NCBI GenBank assembly: GCA_963843145.1
Contig: CAWJJC010000027.1
Span: 32,001 to 96,000 of the forward strand
Length of the DNA stretch: 64,000 bases
Reading direction: 5' to 3'
From: an uncultured delta proteobacterium
Lineage (GTDB): Bacteria > Desulfobacterota > RBG-13-43-22
Position numbers and translations under genes: made by a program. Position 1 is the first letter of the stretch. Each line of letters begins with the position of its first letter. A model generated the notes under the pieces. The model had not been told where the DNA came from, ran no database searches, and worked only from the letters and a program-made list of their open reading frames with translations. Positions 49,699-60,594 of the stretch are shown piece after piece.

Positions 49699-50730
49699 TT
49701 ATCTAAATATGGCTTCTACGAATTCCCGCGGGTTGAATGGCTGCAAATCGTCCACTTGTTCCCCTATCCCGATCTGAGAAATGGGAATCTTTAGTTCCTG
49801 GCTGATCCCCACCACAATCCCTCCCTTGGCGGTGCCGTCTAACTTTGTTAAAATAAGACCAGTGACCGCTATCGCCTCATTAAAGATCCTGGCTTGCGAA
49901 ATGGCATTCTGCCCCATAGTGGCATCCAGGACCAGTAAGGTCTGGTGAGGCCCTTCCGGGAATTCTTTTTGAATGGTTCGGTGAATCTTCTTTAATTCCT
50001 CCATTAAGTTCACTCGAGTGTGGAGTCGTCCGGCGGTATCGATCAGCACGATATCGATTCCCCGGGCTCTGGCTGCCTGAAGCGCGTCATAAACCACGGC
50101 GGAGGGATCCGAGCCTTCTTTCTGGCGAATGATTTCCGCTTGAGAGCGTTTGGCCCAGATCTCCAACTGTTCTCCAGCCGCTGCCCGGAAGGTATCCCCG
50201 GCTACCAGCATAACTTTTTTCCCGGCCATCCGGTATTGGTGCGCCAGTTTGCCGATCGTGGTGGTCTTGCCGACCCCGTTGACACCGATCACTAATATAA
50301 TTAAAGGCTTAGATACATGATTGCTGGGTGGAATCGTCGCTTCCAGAAAACGTAATATTTCCTCCTGGAGGGTTTCTCTGAGGCGTTCCGGGTTGTCCAA
50401 TTCCCGGCGTTTGACTTTTTGCTGGACCAAAGCGATCAGCGCCTGGGTGGTATCGACCCCTAAATCCGAGGTGATTAGAATCTCTTCCAGTTCGTCCAAC
50501 AGATCGTCATCAATCTCTTTTTTCCCCAGAACCAATTGATCGACTCGTCCGACAAACGATTCCCGGGTCTTGGTTAAACGTTCCTTAAGTCGGTGAAAAA
50601 ATCCCTGGCGATTCCCCTGGGGCTCTTCAGCTTGACTTATTGCTTCCCCGGAGGCCGGGTTCTTTTCGGACGATCCGTTGGGTAAACCCTCCGGAAGTTC
50701 ATCTTCTTTCTTGTGAAACCATTTCAACAT
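49699..50730 (-). CDS. ftsY: SRP receptor FtsY
   Basis: GVNGVGKTT, DTFRAAA, DTAGR and TKLDGTAKGG. Confidence 0.96.
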   Translation of the reverse strand: MLKWFHKKEDELPEGLPNGSSEKNPASGEAISQAEEPQGNRQGFFHRLKERLTKTRESFVGRVDQLVLGKKEIDDDLLDELEEILITSDLGVDTTQALIALVQQKVKRRELDNPERLRETLQEEILRFLEATIPPSNHVSKPLIILVIGVNGVGKTTTIGKLAHQYRMAGKKVMLVAGDTFRAAAGEQLEIWAKRSQAEIIRQKEGSDPSAVVYDALQAARARGIDIVLIDTAGRLHTRVNLMEELKKIHRTIQKEFPEGPHQTLLVLDATMGQNAISQARIFNEAIAVTGLILTKLDGTAKGGIVVGISQELKIPISQIGIGEQVDDLQPFNPREFVEAIFR

Positions 50731-50731
50731 A

Positions 50732-53700
50732 TTAATTTAACACATTATCGAGACGGACGGATACCAATTTAGAAATGCCCGGTTGTTCCATGGTAACCCC
50801 ATAGAGAGCGTCAGCCATCTCCATGATCCTCCGGTTGTGGGTGATGAGAATGATCTGAGAGTTATCTACCAGACCGTGGACGAATTTTTTAAAGCGCTCC
50901 ACATTGGCCTCGTCCAGGAAGGCGTCAATTTCATCCAGCAGGCAGAAAGGACTCGGCTTAACCAGATAGATGGAGAAAACCAGGGCCAGGGCCGTCAAGG
51001 CTTTTTCTCCGCCCGAGAGCAACCCCATGCTGGTCAAGCGTTTTCCGGGGGGATGAATAATAATGTCTATTCCGGATTCCAGCGGGTCCTCTTCATTCAC
51101 CAGCGAAAGCTTAGCCGTACCGCCGCCGAACAATACGGGGAAGACCAGTTCCATCTTTTCCTGTATGGCTCTAAAAGTCGACAAAAACAAGTCTTTAGAG
51201 GTGGCATTAATTTTTTGGATGGCCCTTTTCAGGGAATCGATCGATTTCAGCAAATCCTCTTCCTGGGACTGGTAAAAATCATGGCGCTCCTTGAAGGCCT
51301 GGAATTCTTCAATGGCCGTCAAGTTAACCTCTCCGATTTGTTCTATTTTACCTTTCAGTTCTTGTCTTTTCTGCGAGAGGACCGCAAAATCTTCCTCGCT
51401 GGGTCGCGGCCTTTCCAGGATCTCCTCCAGTTCACACCCGAACTGTTCCCGGGTTTTCTCTTTCAAGTGTTCCAGTTTAAGCGCCCCTTGGGCGGCCTGC
51501 AACTGCAATTCATGGTGCCGGGCTTCCAGTTCGCCGATTTGGGATCGTTTATCCCGGGAATCGGTCTCCACCCGATCTTTCTCCTGTTGGTCCTTTTCCC
51601 AAGTCTGCTTCGCCGTCTGGATCAGGGTTTCCAGCCTTTCTAATTCGGTCTGGGAAAGGAGCAGAGCGTCCTGGGTTTCGGCCATTTTGATTTCGAGATC
51701 CTCTCGACGCCGGTCTCCGGCGGACAGCCGATCCGTTAATCGCTGCCGCCGGCTTTGCCTGTCCGCCAGGGCTTCCTGCAGACTGGCCGCTTCTTTGGAG
51801 AGGTGATCCCCTTTTTCTTTGAGGACCGAATACTCGGTGCTGATCCGGGTTAAGACCTCCCGGGCCTCCTCCAAGTTTTTCTCCAGCCGTTTACCCGTTT
51901 CTTCTTCGCCCTGGAGCCTGCTTTTCAGGACGGCGACTTCCTCGTTCAGGGTTTCTTCCTGGGTTCGGTGAATTTCCTCCTCGGAATTTTCAGAAGCCAC
52001 CAGGGACCGGGTTTCTTCTTCTTCGATGGCAATCAGGGTTAGACGGCGTTGCAGGGGTTTGGCCTCTTCCTGATAACCGAACTGGATTTTTTCCAGCTCT
52101 GATTTTCTTTTTTCCGATTCCCGAATTTGGGACGCCAGTTCGGCCAGTTGTTCTTCCAGATCCCGCAGGGCTTCGGCTTGGCCCGCCAAGGCTGCTCGTT
52201 TTTCCCGAACCTGGATTTCCCCGTCTCGAATCTGCCGTTCCAGACGACGGATCAGATTTTTTTGAAAAAGGATCCCGGATTCCGTTTTTCCGGAACTGCC
52301 TCCGGAGATCACTCCGAGGCGACTGATCACATCACCTTCCGGCGTAACCAGCGCGTTTCTCCCTCCCCGTTCTTCCCAAAGCTTCAACCCCTGATCCAGG
52401 TCGGGAACCAGTAGAAACTCACCCAAGAGGTGCTGCACCCAGGATTGCAGTTCAGCTTTCACGACCACTTTGGAGATTAAAGGCTGAAACCCATTGCCCG
52501 GAAAAACGGGGTCAGCGCCTTCCTCCGCCTCGGCCGGCTGGGATTGATTCAACAAGAGAAAAGTGGCCTTTCCGGCCTGGGCGCCTCTGAGTTGCCGGAT
52601 GCCCTCCAGCGCTTCCCCCTGATCTTGAACGATGACGGCTTGCAGGCTTTCTCCCAGGGCCGCTTCCACGGCGGCTTCGTACCCGGGTTCGGTCTCTATC
52701 CCCTCGGCCAGCAGGCGAACCCGCTTCTTTCCTTCTTCGTCTCCGGTCGGGTGCTTGCGCTGCAGCAGGGAACGGACGCCGTTCTGATAACTCTGATAAT
52801 TATCCCGAATCTGCTGGAGGTTTTTGATTTGTCCCTGATCCTGGAGAAGAAGCCGTTCCAGTTCCTGGAGCTCCCCTTCGATCTCTTTGCGGATTTCAAC
52901 CTGCTCCCCCTGCCCTACTCGTTTTTGCTCCAGATCCGCTCGCAGGTCTTCGATGGTTTTTTGTTCTCGATTGATTTTTTCGGTCGCTTCCGTGGAAAGG
53001 CGATTCAGGTGTTCCCGGCGTTCGTTCAACTGGTCGCGTTCTTCCTCCTGCCGGGCCAGACGAAGATTTCGATCTTCTCGGAGTTTGATCAGTCCCAGTC
53101 GAAGATTACGAATCCGGGTCTGCTCCGACAAGGAATTCAGCAGGTGATCTTTGTTGCTTTCCAATTCCTGCTGATGGGAATGGTGTTCGCTTTTCAAGCG
53201 ATTCACCGTCCCCTCCTGAAGGGTTACCCGTTCTTGTTCTTGCTGCAACCGTTCTTTAAAGGACTGCAAGGCTTCCTTCAGGGTCTGCGCTTCGATCTCT
53301 TTGTCCTGAAGCCAAGCTTGGATTTCCTTAAGCTCCTGCCCGGTCTCCAAACGTTCCCGTTCCAAGTCTCCCAGTTCCCGTTGAAGCTGTTGGAGGAAGC
53401 TTTCCTGTTTTTCCCGGGACCCTTTTTGCTGATAGTACTGTTCCTGGAGGACTTTTAAACTCCGATCGGTTTCGCCAAGCTGCGTTTGAATCTGCTGAAG
53501 GCGATTTTGAATGGCCGTCATTTCATCTTTCGAGGTCTGCAATTGTCCCTGCTGAAGATCCAATTCCCGTTCCAGCCGGGCTTTTTCTTCCTGGATCTCA
53601 CCATAATCCCGGAGGGTCAGTGTCAGCTCGATTTCCTTCAAGGCCAGCCGGGCTTCCTTGAACCGTTCGGCCTTTTTGGCCTGACGGTAAAGGGAATTCA

Positions 53701-54313
53701 TTTGCCGTTTGACTTCGGCGATCACGTCCCCGACCCGTAACATATTTTGCTGGGTTGACTCCAGCTTACGCAGGGTTTCCTGTTTTCGGTGTTTATATTT
53801 AGAGATGCCGGCGGCTTCTTCGATCCAGTGCCGGCGGTCCTCCGGTTTAGAATCGATAATCGCCCCTACCCGACCCTGTTCAATAACGGCGTACGCCCGG
53901 CTGCCTACTCCGGTGCCCATAAACAGGTGGGATATGTCTTTCAAGCGGCAGTTTTGATTGTTGATGGCGTATTCGCTTTCCCCGTCTCGGAAAAGCCGCC
54001 GGGTAATGACCACTTCGCTGAAGCCGGCCATTTCCGGGGGAAAGGAGCCATTGTCATTGTCCAGGACCAGGGACACCTCGGCCATGCCGACCGAAGATTT
54101 GCCGTTGGAACCGGCGAAGATGACATCCTCCATCCCTTTTCCCCGAAGCTGTCTAGGGCTTTGTTCCCCCATGACCCATTTGATGGCGTCCACGATATTG
54201 CTTTTGCCGCAACCGTTGGGCCCAACCACCCCGCTGATCCCCTTGGGGAAAGGGATGATCGTTTTTTCGGGGAAAGACTTAAAACCGTTCAATTCAAGGC
54301 GTTTGATTCTCAT
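50732..54313 (-). CDS. smc: Chromosome segregation protein SMC
   Basis: GFKSF, GPNGCGKSN, coiled coils and hinge, LSGGEK, LDEIDA.LD. Confidence 0.96.
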   Translation of the reverse strand: MRIKRLELNGFKSFPEKTIIPFPKGISGVVGPNGCGKSNIVDAIKWVMGEQSPRQLRGKGMEDVIFAGSNGKSSVGMAEVSLVLDNDNGSFPPEMAGFSEVVITRRLFRDGESEYAINNQNCRLKDISHLFMGTGVGSRAYAVIEQGRVGAIIDSKPEDRRHWIEEAAGISKYKHRKQETLRKLESTQQNMLRVGDVIAEVKRQMNSLYRQAKKAERFKEARLALKEIELTLTLRDYGEIQEEKARLERELDLQQGQLQTSKDEMTAIQNRLQQIQTQLGETDRSLKVLQEQYYQQKGSREKQESFLQQLQRELGDLERERLETGQELKEIQAWLQDKEIEAQTLKEALQSFKERLQQEQERVTLQEGTVNRLKSEHHSHQQELESNKDHLLNSLSEQTRIRNLRLGLIKLREDRNLRLARQEEERDQLNERREHLNRLSTEATEKINREQKTIEDLRADLEQKRVGQGEQVEIRKEIEGELQELERLLLQDQGQIKNLQQIRDNYQSYQNGVRSLLQRKHPTGDEEGKKRVRLLAEGIETEPGYEAAVEAALGESLQAVIVQDQGEALEGIRQLRGAQAGKATFLLLNQSQPAEAEEGADPVFPGNGFQPLISKVVVKAELQSWVQHLLGEFLLVPDLDQGLKLWEERGGRNALVTPEGDVISRLGVISGGSSGKTESGILFQKNLIRRLERQIRDGEIQVREKRAALAGQAEALRDLEEQLAELASQIRESEKRKSELEKIQFGYQEEAKPLQRRLTLIAIEEEETRSLVASENSEEEIHRTQEETLNEEVAVLKSRLQGEEETGKRLEKNLEEAREVLTRISTEYSVLKEKGDHLSKEAASLQEALADRQSRRQRLTDRLSAGDRRREDLEIKMAETQDALLLSQTELERLETLIQTAKQTWEKDQQEKDRVETDSRDKRSQIGELEARHHELQLQAAQGALKLEHLKEKTREQFGCELEEILERPRPSEEDFAVLSQKRQELKGKIEQIGEVNLTAIEEFQAFKERHDFYQSQEEDLLKSIDSLKRAIQKINATSKDLFLSTFRAIQEKMELVFPVLFGGGTAKLSLVNEEDPLESGIDIIIHPPGKRLTSMGLLSGGEKALTALALVFSIYLVKPSPFCLLDEIDAFLDEANVERFKKFVHGLVDNSQIILITHNRRIMEMADALYGVTMEQPGISKLVSVRLDNVLN

Positions 54314-54625
54314 GGAGGCTATTGTAACGGGAGCAATCCGGAGATGTAAAGAAAAAAATACTATAAGGGGTATTAGGATAAACCTAGGCTACCATATATA
54401 GTAGTCGTTCTGGGGGGTTCTCCAGGAGGGGCAAGGATCGAGCATGGGGAAGGGGAGGCCATTACTCCCCCCTCCCGATGTCCGGGCGGGCACTCCTTGG
54501 ACTCAAAATAAAGGGGCATGCATATTCCTAACTTGTTGACTTTAATAATCAATAATCAATTATTCCTTGTCAATTAACAATTGATTATTGATTATTGGCT
54601 CTGGTACAGGTTTAGGCGTTTACTT

Positions 54626-56698
54626 TTACATTAATGAAAACAAGGCAAAACGATTAAAAAGGGAGGTCAATCCCAAGAGCAGGGCCAAGCGGTTGTTTTT
54701 TATTTTTTCGTCCGGAGCCATGACCAAGACCTGCTCAAAGAACCGGTCTATATAGGGTCTTAACTTTGCAAGATCTTGTAAATATTCATTGTAATGTCTA
54801 TTTTCGATAAGTTGATTTAAGTTTTGTTTGTTTTCTTTTATTTTTTCATATAATTGAATTTCTGCTTCTTCTTGAAATAAATTCTCCCCAACGGCTCCTA
54901 TCAAAGTGTAATCAATACCTTTAAGTATATTTAACGCTCTCTTACATCCGATAGTTAATGAAGAAAATTCGATATTATTTTGAAATTGACTTAAGGCCCG
55001 GCTACGAAGCCGAACCTCGTTCAGGTCATGCCAGCCGGCGGCCAGGACGGCTTCGACTACTTCTTTTTTGTGTCCTTCGGAAGTTAATAAATATTCCAGG
55101 CGCAGGGCGAAAAAATCTAAAAGGTTTTCTTTGACCCTTCCGGGTTCCAGGACCGAATTCGCGGGGTAAAGGGAGAGCGCCTGGTCCAGCGCCTTTCCCA
55201 AGGAAAAACCATAGTCCCTGGCCCAGGTGATCAGGATGATCCCCTGAGCCTGACGGCGCAGGGCATAAGGATCGGCCGACCCGCTGGGAATCTGGTTTAA
55301 ACTGAAGAAGCCGGCCAGGGTATCCAATCGGTCGGCCAAACCGACCAAAGCCCCGGTATCTGAAGCGGGAGGGGGGTCCTGGGCGGATAGCGGAAGGTAG
55401 TGCTCAAAAATGCCCTGAGCAACTTCGGGGTCTTCTCCTGCCAGCCGGGCATACTCGCGGCCCATAACGCCCTGCAGACTGGGAAACTCTCCGACCATGT
55501 GGCTGGTGAGGTCGGCCTTGGCCAGCCGCGCGCACCGTTTGACCAGGGCTTCTTTTTCCGGGACCAGAAGCCGGGCCAAATAGGCGGCCAGTTCGGTTAC
55601 CCGTTCCACCTTTTCATAAGAAGTGCCCAATTGGGAATGAAAAATGACTCCCCGGAGCCGTTCAACTTTTCCTTCCAGAGGTTGCTTGGTGTCCTCCTGA
55701 TAAAAAAAACGGGCATCGGAAAGGCGGGCACGAAGGACCTTTTCATGGCCGCGAATGACCCGCTGTTCGTCTGTAACCTGAGTATTGTTGACGGCAATAA
55801 ACCGGTTGATCAGCTTATCCCCTTCGTTGACCAGGGGAAAATAACGCTGGTGCTCTTTCATGGAGGTCACTAGAACCTCGGCGGGAAGCTTAAGAAAATC
55901 CGGATCGAATTGTCCGGTAACGGGCACCGGCCACTCCACCAGGTTGGTTACTTCTTCCAAAAGCTGTTGATCGATCAGGACACGCCCCCCGACCCGGCGG
56001 GCCTGGGATTCCAATTCCCTGGATAAAATGGACCTTCGTTCCTGGGGGTCGACGACCACTTTCCCGGAAAGGAGGCGCTCCGGATAATCACCGGCCTTGG
56101 TCAGGGAAAGGGGCCCGGGGGCCATGAACCGGTGCCCATAGGTTTGGCGGCCGCTGGCGATTCCCTCCAGACTGAAGGGGATCACCTCGGCGCCGTAGAG
56201 GGCCGCTATCCAATGGATGGGACGGGCAAAGCGCAGGCTCGACCTGCCCCAACGCATGTTTTTAGGAAAAGTTAAATCCAGGATAAGTTGCGGAAGCAAT
56301 TCGGGTAGAACGACGGAGGCGCCACGACCGCTGATTTTCTTCTTCAACCCCAAATAAACCCCCTTGGGGGTTTCCAGGAGGCTGAGATCCTCCACGGAAA
56401 CTCCTTTGGCCCGGGCGAACCCCAGGGCCACTTTGGTCGGATGCCCATCGTCTCCGAAGGCCGCCGAACGGGGTGGGCCGATTATAATTTCCTCCTGGTC
56501 GGACTGAATCGGTTCCAGTTCGAAAACCAACAGGGCCAGCCTCCGGGGGGTGCCGAAGGTCTTTATTTCCCGAAAAGGCAAGCGGGCCTGCTGAAGTCGT
56601 TCCTCCGCCAGCCGCCGGAGGGATTCCAAGGCCCCGAGAATAAAGCGGGCGGGAATTTCTTCGGTGCCGATTTCCAATAGCAGATCTTGAGCCATCAT
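54626..56698 (-). CDS. glyS: Glycine-tRNA ligase beta subunit
   Basis: LLEIGTEEIP, TPRRL, EF..LQGVMG, GS.DPYALRR and NRLALL. Confidence 0.95.
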   Translation of the reverse strand: MMAQDLLLEIGTEEIPARFILGALESLRRLAEERLQQARLPFREIKTFGTPRRLALLVFELEPIQSDQEEIIIGPPRSAAFGDDGHPTKVALGFARAKGVSVEDLSLLETPKGVYLGLKKKISGRGASVVLPELLPQLILDLTFPKNMRWGRSSLRFARPIHWIAALYGAEVIPFSLEGIASGRQTYGHRFMAPGPLSLTKAGDYPERLLSGKVVVDPQERRSILSRELESQARRVGGRVLIDQQLLEEVTNLVEWPVPVTGQFDPDFLKLPAEVLVTSMKEHQRYFPLVNEGDKLINRFIAVNNTQVTDEQRVIRGHEKVLRARLSDARFFYQEDTKQPLEGKVERLRGVIFHSQLGTSYEKVERVTELAAYLARLLVPEKEALVKRCARLAKADLTSHMVGEFPSLQGVMGREYARLAGEDPEVAQGIFEHYLPLSAQDPPPASDTGALVGLADRLDTLAGFFSLNQIPSGSADPYALRRQAQGIILITWARDYGFSLGKALDQALSLYPANSVLEPGRVKENLLDFFALRLEYLLTSEGHKKEVVEAVLAAGWHDLNEVRLRSRALSQFQNNIEFSSLTIGCKRALNILKGIDYTLIGAVGENLFQEEAEIQLYEKIKENKQNLNQLIENRHYNEYLQDLAKLRPYIDRFFEQVLVMAPDEKIKNNRLALLLGLTSLFNRFALFSLM

Positions 56699-56788
56699 CT
56701 TCTCTTCTTCCTGAATTTTCATTTAACTCCCAGGCCCGGAGCGGGCACCCCGAAGGATGAAAATTTATGTTCATTCAATTTGTTAGGT

Positions 56789-56907
56789 CGTCATTCCGGC
56801 GAACGCCCTTCGGCTAGCTCAGGGCCATGAGCATTGTCGAATGGCCGGAATCCAGGGCAGTGAAGGTCCTGGGTCCTCTGGATCCCGGATCGAGTCCGGG
56901 ATGACGG
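56789..56907. repeat. Palindromic REP/RPE-like element carrying an inserted second repeat
   Basis: cgtcattccggc...ccgggatgacg; the insert cccttcggctagctcagggcc resembles cccttcgacaggctcagggcc at about 4488. Confidence 0.75.
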
Positions 56908-57072
56908 CAAAAACAAAACGCCTAAAAAGCGGTGGTCGATTCTTATTTAAAGACTAAACCCGCCGGCTACGCGGGACACCCGCGAAGCAGGAAAACAAAA
57001 GGGGCGAGAGAACAGCTTAACCGAGCGATACTAATAATTAATAATCAATAATCAATAATTAATTGTTAATTA

Positions 57073-57570
57073 ATCGTCAGGGGCTGACTCATCGTCGAAC
57101 AGGGCGATATGAAGCCAAAGGGAAGCCCTATCCGAAACTTCCTTCGCTGCTACCGAATCAAACCCATCAGGGTGATTGGGTCGGTCCGTGTTATCTAAAG
57201 GACCCCCTACGCTTTTATAGCCTCAATATAGTCGATACGGCTACGGAACGTTGTGGACTACACCCTTCGGTCTCCAAGGCGGGCCAGCAGGTTATAGACG
57301 CCATCTGGGCGATTTGGAAACGTCTGGGGATACCGGACAACCTTCAGATCGAAAATGAAATGTCCTTTTAGGGCAGTCCTGTCCACCCTCGTGGTATGGG
57401 GCTGCTGATCCGGTTGTGCTTGCATAACGGAGTCGAACCGTGGTTCATACCCATGGGGGAACCCTGGCGCAATGGGATCGTGGAGAAGTTCAACGACCGT
57501 TACGAACAACGGTTTCTCAACAAGATCACCATGGGCAAGATCCCGGAGCTGCTCTCCGGATCCCTGGCTG
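57073..57570 (+). pseudogene. Truncated integrase-core (rve/DDE) transposase remnant
   Basis: HQGDWVGP, GIPDNLQIEN and PWRNGIVEKFN; in-frame TAG at 57369-57371; both ends missing. Confidence 0.8.
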
Positions 57571-57579
57571 AATTAATTA

Positions 57580-58458
57580 TTAGGATGACTCCTCAAGCAA
57601 GGGAAACCCCAGGGCCTCTCTCAACGCCAGATAGGACTGAGCTACCAGGCGGGCCATGTCCCGAACCCGGGCGATATAGCCGGTCCTCTCGGTAACGCTG
57701 ATCGCACCCCGGGCCTCCAGGATATTAAAGGCATGGGAACACTTTAAACAAAAATCGTAGGCCGGCAAGGGCAATTTCAAGTTCACCAGACGGTGGCATT
57801 CCTGTTCGTAGGATCGAAAACTTTCCCGGAGTTGTTCCACGTCGGCCTGGTCAAAATTATAGGTGGAAAATTCAACTTCCGATCGGTGATGGACTTCGCG
57901 GTACGTCACCTCGCGGTTCCACTTTAAATCGTAGACATTATCCACCTCCTGGAGATACATGGCGATCCGTTCCAGACCGTAGGTCAATTCCACTGAAATG
58001 GGGGCCAGGTCGATCCCCCCGCATTGTTGAAAGTAGGTGAATTGGGTGATCTCCATGCCGTCCAGCCAGACCTCCCAACCCAACCCCCAGGCCCCCAGGG
58101 TGGGTGATTCCCAATCGTCCTCCACAAAACGCAGGTCATGGTCTAAGGCCCGGATGCCAAAACTCTCCAGGCTTTTCAAGTAAAGGTCCTGCACTTCCAG
58201 CGGTGAAGGTTTGAGGAGTACCTGATACTGGTAATAGTGCTGCAAGCGGTTGGGATTTTCCCCGTAACGGCCGTCGGTCGGACGGCGGGAAGGCTGCACA
58301 TAAGCCGCCTTCCAGGGTTCGGGTCCCAGAGACCTTAGAAAGGTGGCCGGGTGAAAGGTACCGGCCCCGACTTCCACATCATAAGGTTGCAGGAGCAGAC
58401 AACCCTGGTCCGCCCAATACCGGTTTAGCGATTGAATAAGATCCTGAAAGGTCAGCAC
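57580..58458 (-). CDS. glyQ: Glycine-tRNA ligase alpha subunit
   Basis: [22 protein letters not shown] and ELTYGLER. Confidence 0.96.
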   Translation of the reverse strand: MLTFQDLIQSLNRYWADQGCLLLQPYDVEVGAGTFHPATFLRSLGPEPWKAAYVQPSRRPTDGRYGENPNRLQHYYQYQVLLKPSPLEVQDLYLKSLESFGIRALDHDLRFVEDDWESPTLGAWGLGWEVWLDGMEITQFTYFQQCGGIDLAPISVELTYGLERIAMYLQEVDNVYDLKWNREVTYREVHHRSEVEFSTYNFDQADVEQLRESFRSYEQECHRLVNLKLPLPAYDFCLKCSHAFNILEARGAISVTERTGYIARVRDMARLVAQSYLALREALGFPLLEESS

Positions 58459-58476
58459 GCTACCTCCTTAAACGGT

Positions 58477-59238
58477 CTAGCGGTAGGGTTCCTGGATTTG
58501 CCGGAGGACCCGGGCAGAGCCCAGCTCCCGGCCCAGAACCTGATAACGAAATTTTTCCAACAGCGTTTCAATCTCCGCCCGGGTTCCGGTGGTAAACCGC
58601 AGGCGCAGGGCCTGACGCAGTTCCATCCGGTTCGCCTGTCGTAAACTTTGGAGGGCCCCCGGCGACAACGATATTCCGCTCTGTCCGTCGGTGCATTCCC
58701 GGCACTGCAGCCTTCCCGGGCCCGGCAAAAATACGGCCTTTTGCATCTCCGCTCCCCTTTTCCCACAGGCTTGGCAGGCTTCAAAAGAGAGTCCGTAGCC
58801 CGCCAATTGGAGCAGCTTCAACTGAAAAAGCGGGCCAATTTCCGGATCCCCTTTTTCCCGATCCAGAATTTCCAAGGTGTCGCGCAACAGCGCATAGGTC
58901 GGCTGGTTGGGGTCTTTCACCGGGACCAGTTCCTGGATCAATTCACAGGCGAAGGCCGCCAACCCCCATTTTCGGAAATCGCTGCGGATTCCGTTAAAAG
59001 GTTCGATCAATTCACCGGAATCGATTCGCATCCAAACATTGGAGGGTTTTTCAAAAAGTTCCAATCGGGACCGGCTGAGCGGCTCCAGGCAGTGGATGAA
59101 ACGTTTTTTACTTTTCTTGGCCCCTTTGGCGATTCCTTTTAACCGCCCCAGCGAGGGACAGAGAAAGTCTACCAGCAGATCCGACTCACCAGCCGGTTTT
59201 TGCTGGAGGACAATGACCTCGCTGGACAGGGCGGGCAT
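58477..59238 (-). CDS. recO: DNA repair protein RecO
   Basis: GESD...G.LKGIAKGAKKSKKRF; Zn-finger CQAC...CREC; upstream of glyQ. Confidence 0.9.
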   Translation of the reverse strand: MPALSSEVIVLQQKPAGESDLLVDFLCPSLGRLKGIAKGAKKSKKRFIHCLEPLSRSRLELFEKPSNVWMRIDSGELIEPFNGIRSDFRKWGLAAFACELIQELVPVKDPNQPTYALLRDTLEILDREKGDPEIGPLFQLKLLQLAGYGLSFEACQACGKRGAEMQKAVFLPGPGRLQCRECTDGQSGISLSPGALQSLRQANRMELRQALRLRFTTGTRAEIETLLEKFRYQVLGRELGSARVLRQIQEPYR

Positions 59239-59287
59239 GATTCGATTCCTACATTCCTTTTCAGCCAAAAATTTCCAAAATTTTTGG

Positions 59288-60580
59288 CTAGGGGTAAATC
59301 CGATACAGGGTTCGGGGAAAGGGAATGGTCTCCCGGACATGTTTCAACCCGCAAAGCCAAGCCACCATCCGTTCCAAACCCATCCCGAATCCCCCGTGCG
59401 GAACCGAGCCAAAGCGGCGAAGATCCAAATACCAACCCAAGTCCGATTCTGAAAGGCCGTGTTCGGCCAGGCGTTGAGACAAGCGTCCCGCGTCTTCCTC
59501 CCGCTGTGAGCCACCCACTACTTCCCCGTATCCTTCCGGGGCCAGGAGATCCATATTTAAAACCAGCCGATCATCCAGGGGATCTCGTTTCATATAAAAG
59601 GCTTTACAGGCCGCCGGGTAGCGGTGAATAAAAAGGGGCTGCTCATAACAACGGGAAAGTTCCGTCTCATCGTCCGCGCCCAGATCCTCCCCAAAGGCCA
59701 CGGCTATTCCTTTATCCCGCAAGGTCTTCAGCGCCTCCTGATAGGTCAGGCGAGGAAAGGGGCGGGTAATCTTTTCCAGGGGCTCCACTTGGCGTTCCAA
59801 TTGCTGGAGCTCCTCCCGGCGGGTCAAAAGCAATCGAGTCACCAGGAAACAGACCATTTCTTCCACCAGTTCCATCAGTTCTTCCAACTGGGCAAAAGCC
59901 ATTTCCGGTTCCACCATCCAGAATTCGGTCAGATGGCGTCGGGTTTTCGATTTTTCCGCTCGAAAAGCCGGGCCGAAACAATAGACCTTTCCAAAAGCCA
60001 TGGCCCCGGCTTCCATATACAGTTGGCCGCTTTGCGACAAATAGGCCGGGCCCAGATCAAAGTACCGCGTTTCAAAAAGAGTGCTGGTGCCTTCGCAGGC
60101 CGCTCCGGTCAGGATCGGGGCCGTCAGTTCAATGAACCCCCGGTCGTTTAAGAAATCCCGAATGGCTCGAGAAATTTCATGCCGGATTTTTAGAATGGCC
60201 TGCTGGCGGGAAGAGCGCAGCCAAAGATGACGATGCTCCATTAGGAAGGCCGTGCCGTGGTCCTTGGGGGTAATGGGGTAATCCTGGGCCCGTTGAAAAA
60301 TGGTAAGATCCTGGATTTCCATTTCCACCCCTCCCGGGGCTCGCGGGTCGGCCCGCAGAATCCCGGTGAGCCGCAAGGAGGATTCAATGGTCAGTTGATC
60401 AAAAATTTGGATGATTTCGGGCGCCGCCTGTTCGGTCACCAATACCCCCTGCAATAATCCGCTGCCGTCCCGCAAAACCAGAAAACGGACTCGGCCGCTG
60501 GATCGTTTATGGGTCACCCAACCTTGAACAGTGACGGTTTGATTCAGGTATTGCGGTCCCTGGCGGATGGAAATGATCAT
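59288..60580 (-). CDS. asnS: Asparagine-tRNA ligase
   Basis: [31 protein letters not shown] and GGSQRE. Confidence 0.95.
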   Translation of the reverse strand: MIISIRQGPQYLNQTVTVQGWVTHKRSSGRVRFLVLRDGSGLLQGVLVTEQAAPEIIQIFDQLTIESSLRLTGILRADPRAPGGVEMEIQDLTIFQRAQDYPITPKDHGTAFLMEHRHLWLRSSRQQAILKIRHEISRAIRDFLNDRGFIELTAPILTGAACEGTSTLFETRYFDLGPAYLSQSGQLYMEAGAMAFGKVYCFGPAFRAEKSKTRRHLTEFWMVEPEMAFAQLEELMELVEEMVCFLVTRLLLTRREELQQLERQVEPLEKITRPFPRLTYQEALKTLRDKGIAVAFGEDLGADDETELSRCYEQPLFIHRYPAACKAFYMKRDPLDDRLVLNMDLLAPEGYGEVVGGSQREEDAGRLSQRLAEHGLSESDLGWYLDLRRFGSVPHGGFGMGLERMVAWLCGLKHVRETIPFPRTLYRIYP

Positions 60581-60594
60581 GGTGGAGAGATTCT

